DNA from: Gammaproteobacteria bacterium
Lineage (GTDB): Bacteria > Pseudomonadota > Gammaproteobacteria > Eutrophobiales > Eutrophobiaceae
DNA: 64,000 nucleotides
Direction: 5' to 3'
Assembly (NCBI GenBank): GCA_965215365.1
Contig: CBDCDS010000003.1
Span: 672,001-736,000 of the forward strand
The translations under genes and the position numbers were made by a program. Below, in pieces: positions 1 through 13,550 of this stretch. Each line of letters opens with the position of its first letter. Position 1 is the first letter of the stretch. The notes under the pieces are model-generated. The model was not told where the DNA came from and did no database searches. It saw nothing but the letters and a program-made list of their open reading frames with translations.

Positions 1-2
1 CC

Positions 3-242
3 CTCATAGACTTTGCCGCGGAGATAGGGCTGGACAAGAAAGAGTTTGTCAGACACTACGACTCCAACGAAACCGAAGTAAAAATGAAACAGGCCTTCCT
101 CATGGCCCGCGACGCCAAAATCACCGGCGTCCCCGCAGTCATCGTCAACGGCAGATACCTGATCTCTGCCACCTCAGCCGGCTCCCATGAAGGGATGATA
201 AAGACCATGGACGAACTCATTGAGCAGGAACGCCGCCGCTGA
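3..242 (+). CDS. dsbA: Thiol:disulfide interchange protein DsbA, C-terminal part (runs off the left edge)
   Basis: Frame 3 reads LIDFAAEIGLDKKEF...AKITGVPAVIVNGRY...ERRR*; GVPAVIVNGRY is the DsbA cis-Pro loop. Confidence 0.75.
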   Translation, partial: LIDFAAEIGLDKKEFVRHYDSNETEVKMKQAFLMARDAKITGVPAVIVNGRYLISATSAGSHEGMIKTMDELIEQERRR

Positions 243-274
243 TTCATCAGTAACCGCCGCCATCATCCAAACGC

Positions 275-1543
275 TCATGGCAGCTCAAACCCGTTCGCCA
301 GTTTTTTTGTCACCGGCGCATTTTGCAGGCGCACATAGTCGGGCAGGCCGTCCCGGTAGGGAGGGTAATCCTCGCCCTGGATCAGGGGTTGCAGGTAGTT
401 ACGACAGGCTGGCGTAATGCCAAAGCCGTCGGCACTGATGTAGTCCCGGGGCATGAATTTTTCCGTGTTGGCTACCTGAGCCAGATCGGCCTGACCTATT
501 TCCCAGCGATACGGATTGTCCGAGGTGCGCACGATAGTGGGCATGATGGCACTGTGCCCGGCCAGTGCCAGTTCCACCGCAGCCTGACCTAGGGCATAAG
601 CCTGCTCAACATCCGTCTGTGAGGCAAGGTGGCGCGCCGCGCGTTGCAGGTAATCAGCCACGGCCCAGTGGTACTTGTAGCCCAATTCCTGCTTGACCAG
701 ATTGGCCACTACCGGTGCCACGCCACCTAACTGGGCATGACCGAAGGCGTCGCGGGTGCCCTGTTCCGCCAGGAACCGGCCATCAGCCGTGCGCGCGCCC
801 TCCGACACCACCACGGCACAGTAACCGTCGCGCGCAACGCAGTCCTGCACGCGGGCGATAAAGCGTTCCTGCTCGAACGGGATTTCCGGGAACAGGATCA
901 CCACCGGGATGTCGTTGTGCTCGTCGGCAGCCAGCCCGCCGGCCGCGGCAATCCAGCCGGCGTGCCGCCCCATCACCTCGATGACGAACACCCTGGTAGA
1001 GGTCCTGGCCATGGCGCGCACATCGTAACAGGCCTCGCGCACCGAGACTGCGATGTATTTCGCCACCGAGCCGAAACCGGGACAGTTGTCGGTGACGGGC
1101 AGGTCGTTATCCACCGTCTTGGGAATATGTATGGCCTGGATCGGGAATCCCCATTGTTGCGACAGTTGCGCCACCTTGTGGCAGGTATCAGCCGAATCGC
1201 CGCCGCCATTGTAGAAAAAATAGCCGATATTGTGAGCCTTGAAGACCTCCACCAGACGTTCGTATTCGACCCGGTTCTGTTCCAGCCCCTTGAGTTTGTA
1301 GCGGCACGAGCCGAACGCCCCGGAGGGCGTGTGTCGTAACGCGGCAATGGCTGCCGCCGGCTCCTTGCCGGTATCGATCAGGTCTTCGGTGAGGGCACCG
1401 ATAATGCCGTCGCGCCCGGCATAAACGTTGGCGATTTTGTCGGCATGGCGGCGCGCGGTCTCAATCACGGCACCGGCGCTGACATTGATAACGGCGGTCA
1501 CCCCGCCGGATTGCGCGTAAAAGGCATTTTTTGTCTCGGTCAT
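275..1543 (-). CDS. 6-phosphofructokinase, probably PPi-dependent type
   Basis: AFYAQSGGVTAVIN, YNGGGDS, PKTVDND and EVMGRHAGWIAA motifs; Asp in GGGD plus Lys in PKT is the PPi-type signature; start set at MTETKN (1543). Confidence 0.9.
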   Translation of the reverse strand: MTETKNAFYAQSGGVTAVINVSAGAVIETARRHADKIANVYAGRDGIIGALTEDLIDTGKEPAAAIAALRHTPSGAFGSCRYKLKGLEQNRVEYERLVEVFKAHNIGYFFYNGGGDSADTCHKVAQLSQQWGFPIQAIHIPKTVDNDLPVTDNCPGFGSVAKYIAVSVREACYDVRAMARTSTRVFVIEVMGRHAGWIAAAGGLAADEHNDIPVVILFPEIPFEQERFIARVQDCVARDGYCAVVVSEGARTADGRFLAEQGTRDAFGHAQLGGVAPVVANLVKQELGYKYHWAVADYLQRAARHLASQTDVEQAYALGQAAVELALAGHSAIMPTIVRTSDNPYRWEIGQADLAQVANTEKFMPRDYISADGFGITPACRNYLQPLIQGEDYPPYRDGLPDYVRLQNAPVTKKLANGFELP

Positions 1544-1590
1544 CAAAAAAACTCCCCCAGGCCCATGAAATAGGCTTGAAAATGCGATAT

Positions 1591-1634
1591 GGTTAGCTCT
1601 GAAAATACCACGGAGGGCATTTTCAAATGGTTCC
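1591..1634. repeat. Short palindromic copy of the GGGAACCTCT.../...AGAGGTTCCC repeat family
   Basis: Reverse complement ggaaccatttgaaaatgccctccgtggtattttcag matches the left end of the element at 16176 and the copy at 22915. Confidence 0.65.
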
Positions 1635-1670
1635 GGTATGTTACACACTTGCATCACATTTTTCACCCGC

Positions 1671-5592
<3,922 letters not shown>

Positions 5593-5594
5593 GG

Positions 5595-5659
5595 GCGCCT
5601 CTAAAAATCAGAGGTGCCTTTACAGCATTATGGATATGCTGCCAGTAACAGCAAGCACG
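5595..5659. repeat. Terminal fragment of the MITE-like family, placed right after the gyrB stop
   Basis: gggcgcctct-aaaaatc-agaggtgcc hairpin followed by gatatgctgccagtaacagcaagcac, which matches the reverse complement of 16328-16393. Confidence 0.75.
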
Positions 5660-5777
5660 CACCTCATCAGCGACAATCCGACTTCAGTTTATTTGAATAC
5701 GGAACAGAACCAATATAGAATTCAGCCTCCTGTACTCCTGTGTAACGCTCTTCAACAACCCCGGGGATAATATAATT

Positions 5778-6008
5778 GTGGAACAAATTGCTACCGTTCA
5801 TATCGAAAAACTGCCGGAGGGGGTGTATCTGGTTACCAGTGAGGATATCCCGGGCCTAGTTGCTCAGGGACGTACAATTACCGAAATACTGGAAACCGCC
5901 CGCGATGTGGCAAAGAAGCTGCTGGAAGCAAAAGCGGAGCGCCACCAACAAGCCAAATTGAAACATGCTGAAGATTCTTTCGATTACCCACTGGTTTTTG
6001 GCGCCTGA
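5778..6008 (+). CDS. HicB-like (DUF1902-type) antitoxin, orphan
   Basis: EKLPEGVYLVTSEDIPGLVAQGRTITE..ETARDVAKKLLE is the HicB N-terminal fold. Confidence 0.75.
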   Translation: MEQIATVHIEKLPEGVYLVTSEDIPGLVAQGRTITEILETARDVAKKLLEAKAERHQQAKLKHAEDSFDYPLVFGA

Positions 6009-6034
6009 TGGGTCGTATGCGAGAATGGTTTTCC

Positions 6035-6715
6035 CTACCCCTCCAACACCGCCCGGGCCAGACACCAGACTTGTACCTGTTCGGCGCCGTGGGCTTTCAG
6101 CAAACGCGCCAGCTCGTTAGCGGTGGCGCCGGTGGTCAGGACATCGTCGATGAGGGCGATATGTTTGTAACTCATGGTCTTCACCAGAGAAAAAGCATTC
6201 TTAACGTTGCGCGCCCGGTGTTCGGGACGCAGGTCGAATTGTTGTGCCGTGGGTTTATGCCGGCGCACCAGCTGCTCATCGACGGGGACCGACAGGGCGC
6301 GCGCCAGCAGCTGCGCGATTTCCCGGGCCTGATTAAAACCGCGCCGCCGTTGCCGGGCGCGGTGTAACGGGATCGGCAGCAGGCACTCCGGTGGCGCCTG
6401 ACGCGCCGGCTCAAGCAGTTCGATAAGCGGCCCGGCCAGGGCGCGCGCCAGGTCCAGGCGGGCCTGATATTTCAGCTTCCTGATCATCCGGTCCACCGGA
6501 TAGTGGTAGCTGTGCGCGGCGATGCAGACATCGAACGCAGGCGGCCTGGCGAGACAACGGACGCAGACCGCGGCCTGTTCCGACTGCGCGCCGCAACCGG
6601 GACATATTGCGCTCGGCAACGGCAGCAAATCCTCCCGGCAGGCGCGGCAAAAGCCGTCCGCGCTGGCGCCAGCGCGCGCGCCGCACAAGACACAGACAGG
6701 GTCAATGAACATCAT
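6035..6715 (-). CDS. comF: ComF family protein (double zinc ribbon plus PRTase domain)
   Basis: CxxC pairs, [26 protein letters not shown]. Confidence 0.9.
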   Translation of the reverse strand: MMFIDPVCVLCGARAGASADGFCRACREDLLPLPSAICPGCGAQSEQAAVCVRCLARPPAFDVCIAAHSYHYPVDRMIRKLKYQARLDLARALAGPLIELLEPARQAPPECLLPIPLHRARQRRRGFNQAREIAQLLARALSVPVDEQLVRRHKPTAQQFDLRPEHRARNVKNAFSLVKTMSYKHIALIDDVLTTGATANELARLLKAHGAEQVQVWCLARAVLEG

Positions 6716-6717
6716 CG

Positions 6718-6770
6718 GGTCAACCCCTGGAAACTACAGGTGTTGACAGGATTCGATTCGAGGTTAACAT
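6718..6770 (+). promoter_or_regulatory. Candidate BirA operator overlapping the bioB promoter
   Basis: ggtcaacc-N15-tgttgaca imperfect palindrome (6718-6748) resembling TGTAAACC-N14-16-GGTTTACA; TTGACA (6743) then 16 bp then TAACAT (6765). Confidence 0.5.
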
Positions 6771-6778
6771 ATTCATCC

Positions 6779-7867
6779 ATGTTGAACGAACCAACAGCGT
6801 CCAAGTCCGCAGAGGCAGTAGCCCCGAAGACAGTAGCCGGAAAAACGGCAGCCGCGCAAACAACGACCAGAACAGCTCCCGGGCCGGAGCCCAAGCATGA
6901 CTGGAGCCTGGATGAGATCATAACACTTTACCGGCAGCCCTTGAACGATTTATTGCAGCGCGCACACACCGTCCACCGCCGCAACTTTGACCCGAATCGC
7001 ATCCAGTTGAGTACCTTACTTAATATCAAGAGCGGTGGTTGCCCGGAAGACTGCGCCTATTGCCCGCAGAGCGTGCGCTATAACACCGGACTGGAAAATG
7101 AGACTTTGATGTCCTGTGAACAAGTGCTGGACGCGGCGCGGCGCGCGCGCGACTCGGGCGCCAGCCGGTTTTGTATGGGCGCGGCCTGGCGCAGCCCGAA
7201 AGACCGGGACCTCGATCAGGTTGTGGCGATGGTCGCCGGGGTCAAACAACTGGGCCTTGAAACCTGTGTAACGCTGGGAATGCTGAAAGACGGGCAGGCC
7301 GCGCGCCTGCGCCAGGCCGGCCTGGATTACTACAACCATAATCTCGATACCTCCGAAGAATTTTACGATCAGGTCATCACCACCCGCAGCTACCAGGACC
7401 GCCTTGATACCTTGCAACAGGTGCGTGATGCCGGTATCAATGTCTGCTGCGGCGGCATTATCGGCATGGGCGAGTCGGTGACCGATCGGGCCGCGCTGTT
7501 GCAGACCCTGGCCAACCTGCCGCAACAGCCGGAGAGCGTGCCCATCAATACCCTGGTCAAGGTGTCTGGCACCCCGCTGGACGCACAGGACGATATCGAC
7601 CCGCTGGAACTGGTGCGCACCGTCGCCTGTGCCCGCATCCTGATGCCGAACGCATACCTGCGTCTGTCTGCCGGGCGCACCGACTTGAGCGATTCGACTC
7701 AGGTCCTGTGTTTTTTTGCCGGCGCCAACTCCATCTTCTACGGTGAGAAGCTGCTGACCACGGATAACCCGCAATTCAATGAGGATCAGTCCCTGTTTGA
7801 ACGCCTGGGGTTGACCCCTGATACGGACCCGGTCTCCGCAGCATGCGCGACCGCGCCGGGCGGTTAA
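6779..7867 (+). CDS. bioB: Biotin synthase
   Basis: [11 protein letters not shown] radical SAM motif, [29 protein letters not shown]. Confidence 0.96.
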   Translation: MLNEPTASKSAEAVAPKTVAGKTAAAQTTTRTAPGPEPKHDWSLDEIITLYRQPLNDLLQRAHTVHRRNFDPNRIQLSTLLNIKSGGCPEDCAYCPQSVRYNTGLENETLMSCEQVLDAARRARDSGASRFCMGAAWRSPKDRDLDQVVAMVAGVKQLGLETCVTLGMLKDGQAARLRQAGLDYYNHNLDTSEEFYDQVITTRSYQDRLDTLQQVRDAGINVCCGGIIGMGESVTDRAALLQTLANLPQQPESVPINTLVKVSGTPLDAQDDIDPLELVRTVACARILMPNAYLRLSAGRTDLSDSTQVLCFFAGANSIFYGEKLLTTDNPQFNEDQSLFERLGLTPDTDPVSAACATAPGG

Positions 7868-9048
7868 TGGTCCAAGCGCCGCCGCCGGATCCGTTTTCAC
7901 TGGCAACCGGGCTGGACCGGATCAGGGCTGCGGGACAATTCCGCCGCCGGTATATGCTGACTGCTGCGCAGGGTGCCACGATACAGGTCGAAGGGCGCAG
8001 CTATGTCAACTTTTCCGGCAACGATTACCTCGGCCTTGCCGGCGACGCGCGTTTGGCGCAGGCGTTTCAAACCGCCGCCGCCCGTTACGGGGTGGGCAGC
8101 GGCGCCTCGCAACTGCTATCCGGCTACAACCGCATGCACGCGCAGCTCGAAGAGGCGGTTGCCGCACACTTAGGGCGCGCCCGCGCGCTGCTCTTTTCCA
8201 GCGGTTACCTGGCCAACCTGGCCGTAGTCACCAGCTTTGCCAGGCGTCGGGAGGACCGGGTGGTGATGGATCGGGACAATCACGCCTCGCTCATAGATGG
8301 TGCCTTGCTGGCGCGCGCCGGCCTGCGCCGTTATGCGCACCATGATCTGGCCGGGCTGGAAAACCTGCTTGGCAAGGGCCGCACCCTGGTGGCCACCGAC
8401 GGGGTGTTCAGCATGGACGGCAGCATCGCCGCATTACCGGACCTGGTCGCCTTGTGCGCCCGCCATGGTGCCCTGCTGGCCGTGGACGATGCCCACGGTT
8501 TCGGGGTGCTGGGCGCGACCGGCGCCGGCTCACCGGAGCATTTTTCCCTAGACCAAAATCAGGTTCCCATCCTCATGGCCACCTTCGGCAAGGCCTGTGG
8601 CGTTATGGGCGCGTTCGTGGCCGGGTCGGAAGACGTGATAGAAACCCTGATCCAGACCGGACGCACCTGCATTTACAGCACCGCCATGCCGCCGGCCCTG
8701 GCCGCCGCCGCGACTACGGCACTGCATCTCAGCGTCCGGGAAAGCTGGCGCCGGGATAAGTTGCAGGCGCTGGTGCAACGCTTTACGCAAGGGGCGCGGC
8801 AACTGGACTTGCCGGTATTACCCTCCACTACGCCGATCCAGAGCTTTATGGTAGGCAACGCGGCGCTGGCGCTCAGCGGCAGCGAATATCTGCGCGCCGC
8901 CGGCATCCGGGTCAGCGCCATCCGGGCGCCCACGGTTGCGCGAAATACCGAGCGCCTCAGGATCACATTGAGCGCCGGTCACAGCGAACAGCAGGTGGAC
9001 CGGCTGCTGGAACACCTGGCGCAACTGGCGCGGCGGCTGGCGCCATGA
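7867..9048 (+). CDS. bioF: 8-amino-7-oxononanoate synthase
   Basis: NFSGNDYLGL, HASLIDG, DGVFSMDG, VDDAHG, TFGKA. Confidence 0.95.
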   Translation: MVQAPPPDPFSLATGLDRIRAAGQFRRRYMLTAAQGATIQVEGRSYVNFSGNDYLGLAGDARLAQAFQTAAARYGVGSGASQLLSGYNRMHAQLEEAVAAHLGRARALLFSSGYLANLAVVTSFARRREDRVVMDRDNHASLIDGALLARAGLRRYAHHDLAGLENLLGKGRTLVATDGVFSMDGSIAALPDLVALCARHGALLAVDDAHGFGVLGATGAGSPEHFSLDQNQVPILMATFGKACGVMGAFVAGSEDVIETLIQTGRTCIYSTAMPPALAAAATTALHLSVRESWRRDKLQALVQRFTQGARQLDLPVLPSTTPIQSFMVGNAALALSGSEYLRAAGIRVSAIRAPTVARNTERLRITLSAGHSEQQVDRLLEHLAQLARRLAP

Positions 9049-9986
9049 ACGATCCTGCCTACCAGCGTGATAAAACTGGCGTGCGGCGCAACTTCAGCCG
9101 CGCCGCGCCTGATTACGAGCGCGTGGCCGTGTTGCAACAGACCATCGGGCAACGCCTGCTGGAGCGCCTAGAAGTGATCAAGCTGACGCCGCAGCGCATA
9201 CTGGACCTGGGGGCTGGCGCCGGTCGCCTGTCGGTGCAACTGGCGCAACGTTACCACCGCGCCCGGCTGGTGCAACTGGATCTGGCCTTGGGAATGTTGC
9301 AACAGGCCGGCCAAGGGCCGGATTTTTCCGCTCGGCAGTCGCTGCTGTGCGCCGATGCCGAGCACTTGCCACTCGCCGGGGAGTGCGTGGAGTTCGCCTT
9401 CTCCAACCTCATGTTGCAATGGGTCACGCAACTCGATAGAACGCTGGCAGAGGTGTACCGGGTGTTGCGCCCCGGCGGCCTGCTGCTGTTTGCCACGTTC
9501 GGGCCGGATTCCTTGGCGGAGTTGCGGGCAAGCTGGGCCCGCGTGGATGATTATGTGCACGTCAACGCCTTCACCGATATGCACGACGTGGGTGATGCCC
9601 TGGTACGGGCCGGTTTTGTTGAACCGGTGATGGAAACGGAGTCCTTTACCCTGGTTTATGATGACGTACCAACACTGTGTCGGGAACTCAAGAGTCTGGG
9701 CGCCGGCAATGTCAACGCCGGCCGGCGCAAGACCCTGACCGGCGCCGGCGCGTTCCGTGCCATGCAGGCCGAGTACCGGCGCCGCTACGCGCATGCAGAG
9801 GGCGTGCCGGCCACCTTCGAGGCCATCTACGGCCACGCCTGGGTACCGGAGGTAAAGCAGCCACGGCAGGCAGGGCTGGAGCCCGGGGTTTTTCCGATTA
9901 CTTTCTCGACCTCTAGCAGCCTGTCGGACTTGACCGCCAAGCTGCTAGGCGCTCGTCGTGACGAATATATTCATCACCGGCACTGA
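9045..9986 (+). CDS. bioC: Malonyl-ACP O-methyltransferase
   Basis: ILDLGAGAG SAM motif, SNLMLQW, HVNAFTDMHDVGDAL; operon position. Confidence 0.92.
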   Translation: MNDPAYQRDKTGVRRNFSRAAPDYERVAVLQQTIGQRLLERLEVIKLTPQRILDLGAGAGRLSVQLAQRYHRARLVQLDLALGMLQQAGQGPDFSARQSLLCADAEHLPLAGECVEFAFSNLMLQWVTQLDRTLAEVYRVLRPGGLLLFATFGPDSLAELRASWARVDDYVHVNAFTDMHDVGDALVRAGFVEPVMETESFTLVYDDVPTLCRELKSLGAGNVNAGRRKTLTGAGAFRAMQAEYRRRYAHAEGVPATFEAIYGHAWVPEVKQPRQAGLEPGVFPITFSTSSSLSDLTAKLLGARRDEYIHHRH

Positions 9987-10581
9987 TACCGGCGTCGGCA
10001 AAACCCGGGTCACGTTGGCGCTGATGGCGGCCTGGCAGGCGCGCGGGTGGGTGGTGAACGGCATGAAGCCGGTTGCCAGCGGCAGCGAGTGGCGCCACGG
10101 GCGTCTGGAAAACGAGGACGCGCGCCTGATTCACGCGCAGTGCAGCCTGCCGGTTAGCTACGAACAGGTGAATCCGTACGCGTTGGCCGAGCCAATCGCC
10201 CCGCATATTGCCGCAACCAAGGCCGGGATCGAGGTTGAACCGGACACCTTGGTTGCGGCCTACCGTTGCCTGACGGCCGGGGCCGACCGGGTGGTGGTGG
10301 AAGGGGTCGGCGGCTGGCGGGTGCCGCTGGCACCGGGGCTACAAACTGAAGATCTGGTGCGGTCTCTGGACCTGGCTGTAGTGCTGGTGGTCGGGCTGCG
10401 TCTGGGCTGCATCAACCATGCTTTACTTACCATGGAGGCCATAAGCGCCGCCGGGGCGCCTTGCGCCGGGTGGCTGGGCAACAGCATCTGCCGTGACTAT
10501 GCCGAGCAGCAGGCCACCCTGGACTATCTGCGCGACCAGCTGCCGGCACCTTGCCTGGGGTTCATTCCGTGGCATTTTTAG
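9958..10581 (+). CDS. bioD: Dethiobiotin synthase; the last codons come from a repeat-element end
   Basis: FITGTDTGVGKT, MKPVASG, VEGVGG, LGCINHALLT. Confidence 0.93.
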   Translation: MTNIFITGTDTGVGKTRVTLALMAAWQARGWVVNGMKPVASGSEWRHGRLENEDARLIHAQCSLPVSYEQVNPYALAEPIAPHIAATKAGIEVEPDTLVAAYRCLTAGADRVVVEGVGGWRVPLAPGLQTEDLVRSLDLAVVLVVGLRLGCINHALLTMEAISAAGAPCAGWLGNSICRDYAEQQATLDYLRDQLPAPCLGFIPWHF

Positions 10582-10589
10582 AGGTTCCC
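10567..10589 (-). repeat. Terminal inverted-repeat half of the MITE-like family at the bioD/hsdR junction
   Basis: Reverse complement gggaacctctaaaaatgccacgg versus gggaacctctaaaaataccctccg at 16176. Confidence 0.7.
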
Positions 10590-10590
10590 G

Positions 10591-13536
10591 TTAATCTATC
10601 CCATCAATAAACGTATCAATATATGACATAATCCGGCTGACGATACGCTCGCCAACTGTACGTCTTTCCCGGAGCCTGGGTTGTTGGTCCATAATCCGGA
10701 TGACGTCAGCCGGTAAAGGCCTTCTGCTGGTGTACAGGCAATTAGCGATCACCTTGTCTAATCCATCCCGGTCTAGTCCCTCCTCCGCGCATAGCGACTG
10801 CAGGGCTTGTTGCCGTTGTGCTGACAGGTATTGTGCAAACGCGTGGTTAACGTCTCCATTCTGCGGCAGTGTCGGCACCTGTTCTTCAATGAAGCGTTGT
10901 ATCAGTTCTTGCTTGCTGCGCAGTTCGGGTTCATTCTCCAACGTGCTGATAATCGCCTGCACCTGTCGGTGGTATGCGTCCGGTTTGGCTTGGCGCAGTC
11001 TGATGACCAGCTCGAGGATGTAGCTGACGTTGATGTTATCTCTGTGGATCAGCTCCACCTCAAAGTCGATATCGTCCAGTATGGATACTGTTTCCTTCTG
11101 CCGGTCGGTCTTTACCTTGTCGTTCAAATCCAGGTATTTGCTCTTGTAGTCCGCAAAGGTCTGTTGCTCCAGGGCCAGCTCAGCAAAATCAAATTCGGTG
11201 AAGCCAGTCAGTACGTTCATAAGACGCAAGAGATTCCTGAACGCCTTAATAAAGGCAAGCTGCTCTGCCTCCTGTTGTAGTGTGTCAACACAATCTGGCG
11301 TGGCCGCGATGCCAAGCAGCGCCGCCACGGCGTCATTGAACCGTTTAAGGTATGCCTGGTAAGGTTCAAGGGTGATGGTGTCAACCGCCTCCTTGTCGGC
11401 AAACAGCGCGATGGCTTCGTCCGTGGCCGGTTTCAGGTTCCGATAACAGACGACATTGCCGTGTGACTTTTTCGAACCCAGGATGCGATTGGTACGGGAG
11501 AACGCTTGCACCAGGCCGTGGTATTTCAGGTTTTTGTCCACGTAGATGGTATTGAGCCACTTGCTGTCAAACCCGGTCAGAAACATATTCACCACCAGCA
11601 GGATATCAATGCCGGCGCCCGTGCGTCGGTTTTTGTCCCGATACCGGACTCGTTTACCGATGTCTCTGTAATAGTCGTAGAAGGTGTCGGTTTTATAGTT
11701 CGTGCCGTACGCCTTGTTGTAATCCCTGATGCAGTGCTCCAGCCGCGCCCGGCTGTGCCGGTCGGTGTACTGGCGGGAACTGTCGGCGGGATCATCGGCG
11801 CCGTAGGCTGCTTCCTGGTCTCGCACCCGGTTCTCATCCTCGGCCCGGCCTGGTACACTCCCCGACCCCGCCGCCATGCCGGCGAAGTACGTATCGGCAA
11901 CATCGCTCACCTCGCGGTCTTCCTCATTGGCCTGCCAGGAAAATATGGTTGCTATGTTGAGGTCATGCGTGCCGGCCTCCCGTTTGCGCCTGAACAGGTC
12001 GTAATACTTGAGCAAAGTCCTGATATCGGCAACGCAAAATAGCGCGTTGAACACGCGGCCATGAGTCTTGCCGTCATGGTGGGCGATGATGTGATCGACG
12101 ATGGCCTCAAGACGTTCTGCCGCGGCCAGCGCCTCGGCGGTGTCTATCGCCTCCACCCGGATATCCGCCCGGTTGTGCTGCCGGTCTTTGAAAGTGCCGA
12201 TATATTCAATGGAAAACCGCAGTACATTCTCATCGTTAATCGCATCCGTGATGACGTACTTGTGCAGACACTCGCCAAACAGATCTGTGGTGGTGCGCTT
12301 GCCATACTCATTGCCCAGCGCATTCTCGGCAAAGATGGGGGTGCCGGTGAAGCCGAACAGCTGCGCTTTGGGGAAGTGGTCGCGGATACGCTTATGGGTG
12401 TCGCCAAACTGGCTGCGGTGGCATTCGTCAAAAATGAATACCATGCGCTTGTCCCGCAACGGTGTCATGGTGGTTGCATGGCGGCGCTTGTGAATGGCGT
12501 TGTTTAACTTCTGCAAGGTGGTGACAATCAACCTGGTATCATCGCCGAATTGTTCTACCAGCCTGGTGGTATTGTCGGTCCCGTCAACGCTGCCTTTTTT
12601 ATAGCTGTTGAAGTCCTGGATGGTCTTGTAGTCCAGATCCTTCCGGTCCACCACGAACACCACCTTGTGGATGCCGGAGGTGCCGGTGAGGATTTGCGCC
12701 GCCTTGAACGACGTCAGTGTTTTGCCGGACCCGGTAGTATGCCAGATATAGCCGAACCGGTCGGAAGTCCTGACCCGCTCGACAATCGCCTCCACCGCAT
12801 GATACTGATACTGGCGCAGCGCCAGCAGCAGCTGGTCGGTTTCGTTCAACACCACGTATTTTGTAACGAGCTTGGACAGCTGGCACGGCTCCAGGAAAGT
12901 ATCGGCAAACTCGCTGAGTTGCGTGATACGCCGGTTCTCCCGGTCGGCCCAGAAAAACGTTTGCTTGAAGTCGCGCTGTTTGATCGGGTTGTTGGCGTAA
13001 TATTTGGTATTGACGCCGTTGCTGAGCACAAACACCTGAATGTATTCGAACAACCGCCATCCTGCCGAATAGGAATGACGCTGGTAACGGTTGGTCTGGT
13101 TAAAGGCCTCCTTGAGCGCCAGGCCGCGGCGTTTTAACTCTATCTGTGCCAGCGGCAGGCCATTGATGAGCAAGGTCACGTCATAGCGATTCCGGTAGCT
13201 GCCCGCCATCTCCAGCTGTTGGGCCACCTGAAACTCGTTCTTGCACCAGTTGATCTGATCGACCAGTTCCAGATACCCGACCTCGCCGTCGTCCCTGTGG
13301 TAGTCCAGCTTGGCCCTGAGCTTTTTGGCTTTGTCGAAGATATTGCCTCCGGAGAGCGCTACCAGGATGTTTTGAAATTCCTTGTCGGACAGGGTGATGC
13401 CGTTGTGCTGCTGCAGTTGTGTTTTCAGGTTGCCGACCAAGTCGTCCTCATTGCGGAGAAGGACATGCTCGTAACCCAGGGCTTGCAGCTGGACAACCAG
13501 TTTCTGTTCCAGAACCGCTTCTGATTGGGTGGCCAT
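10591..13536 (-). CDS. hsdR: Type I restriction endonuclease subunit R
   Basis: YDVTLLINGLPLAQIELK nuclease motif, HTTGSGKT, DECHRSQ, GFTGTP, LTGFD, QAFSRTNR. Confidence 0.96.
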   Translation of the reverse strand: MATQSEAVLEQKLVVQLQALGYEHVLLRNEDDLVGNLKTQLQQHNGITLSDKEFQNILVALSGGNIFDKAKKLRAKLDYHRDDGEVGYLELVDQINWCKNEFQVAQQLEMAGSYRNRYDVTLLINGLPLAQIELKRRGLALKEAFNQTNRYQRHSYSAGWRLFEYIQVFVLSNGVNTKYYANNPIKQRDFKQTFFWADRENRRITQLSEFADTFLEPCQLSKLVTKYVVLNETDQLLLALRQYQYHAVEAIVERVRTSDRFGYIWHTTGSGKTLTSFKAAQILTGTSGIHKVVFVVDRKDLDYKTIQDFNSYKKGSVDGTDNTTRLVEQFGDDTRLIVTTLQKLNNAIHKRRHATTMTPLRDKRMVFIFDECHRSQFGDTHKRIRDHFPKAQLFGFTGTPIFAENALGNEYGKRTTTDLFGECLHKYVITDAINDENVLRFSIEYIGTFKDRQHNRADIRVEAIDTAEALAAAERLEAIVDHIIAHHDGKTHGRVFNALFCVADIRTLLKYYDLFRRKREAGTHDLNIATIFSWQANEEDREVSDVADTYFAGMAAGSGSVPGRAEDENRVRDQEAAYGADDPADSSRQYTDRHSRARLEHCIRDYNKAYGTNYKTDTFYDYYRDIGKRVRYRDKNRRTGAGIDILLVVNMFLTGFDSKWLNTIYVDKNLKYHGLVQAFSRTNRILGSKKSHGNVVCYRNLKPATDEAIALFADKEAVDTITLEPYQAYLKRFNDAVAALLGIAATPDCVDTLQQEAEQLAFIKAFRNLLRLMNVLTGFTEFDFAELALEQQTFADYKSKYLDLNDKVKTDRQKETVSILDDIDFEVELIHRDNINVSYILELVIRLRQAKPDAYHRQVQAIISTLENEPELRSKQELIQRFIEEQVPTLPQNGDVNHAFAQYLSAQRQQALQSLCAEEGLDRDGLDKVIANCLYTSRRPLPADVIRIMDQQPRLRERRTVGERIVSRIMSYIDTFIDGID

Positions 13537-13550
13537 ACAGATGACCCGCG

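Noticed and set aside
5677-5696. ccgacttc..gtttattt resembling the IS1634 end at 17797-17816
   Set aside because: Short gapped match with no transposase sequence or partner repeat.
11760-11930. Acidic low-complexity stretch in HsdR as a possible intein or inserted domain
   Set aside because: No intein terminal motifs; it lies in a region that is normally variable in this HsdR family.
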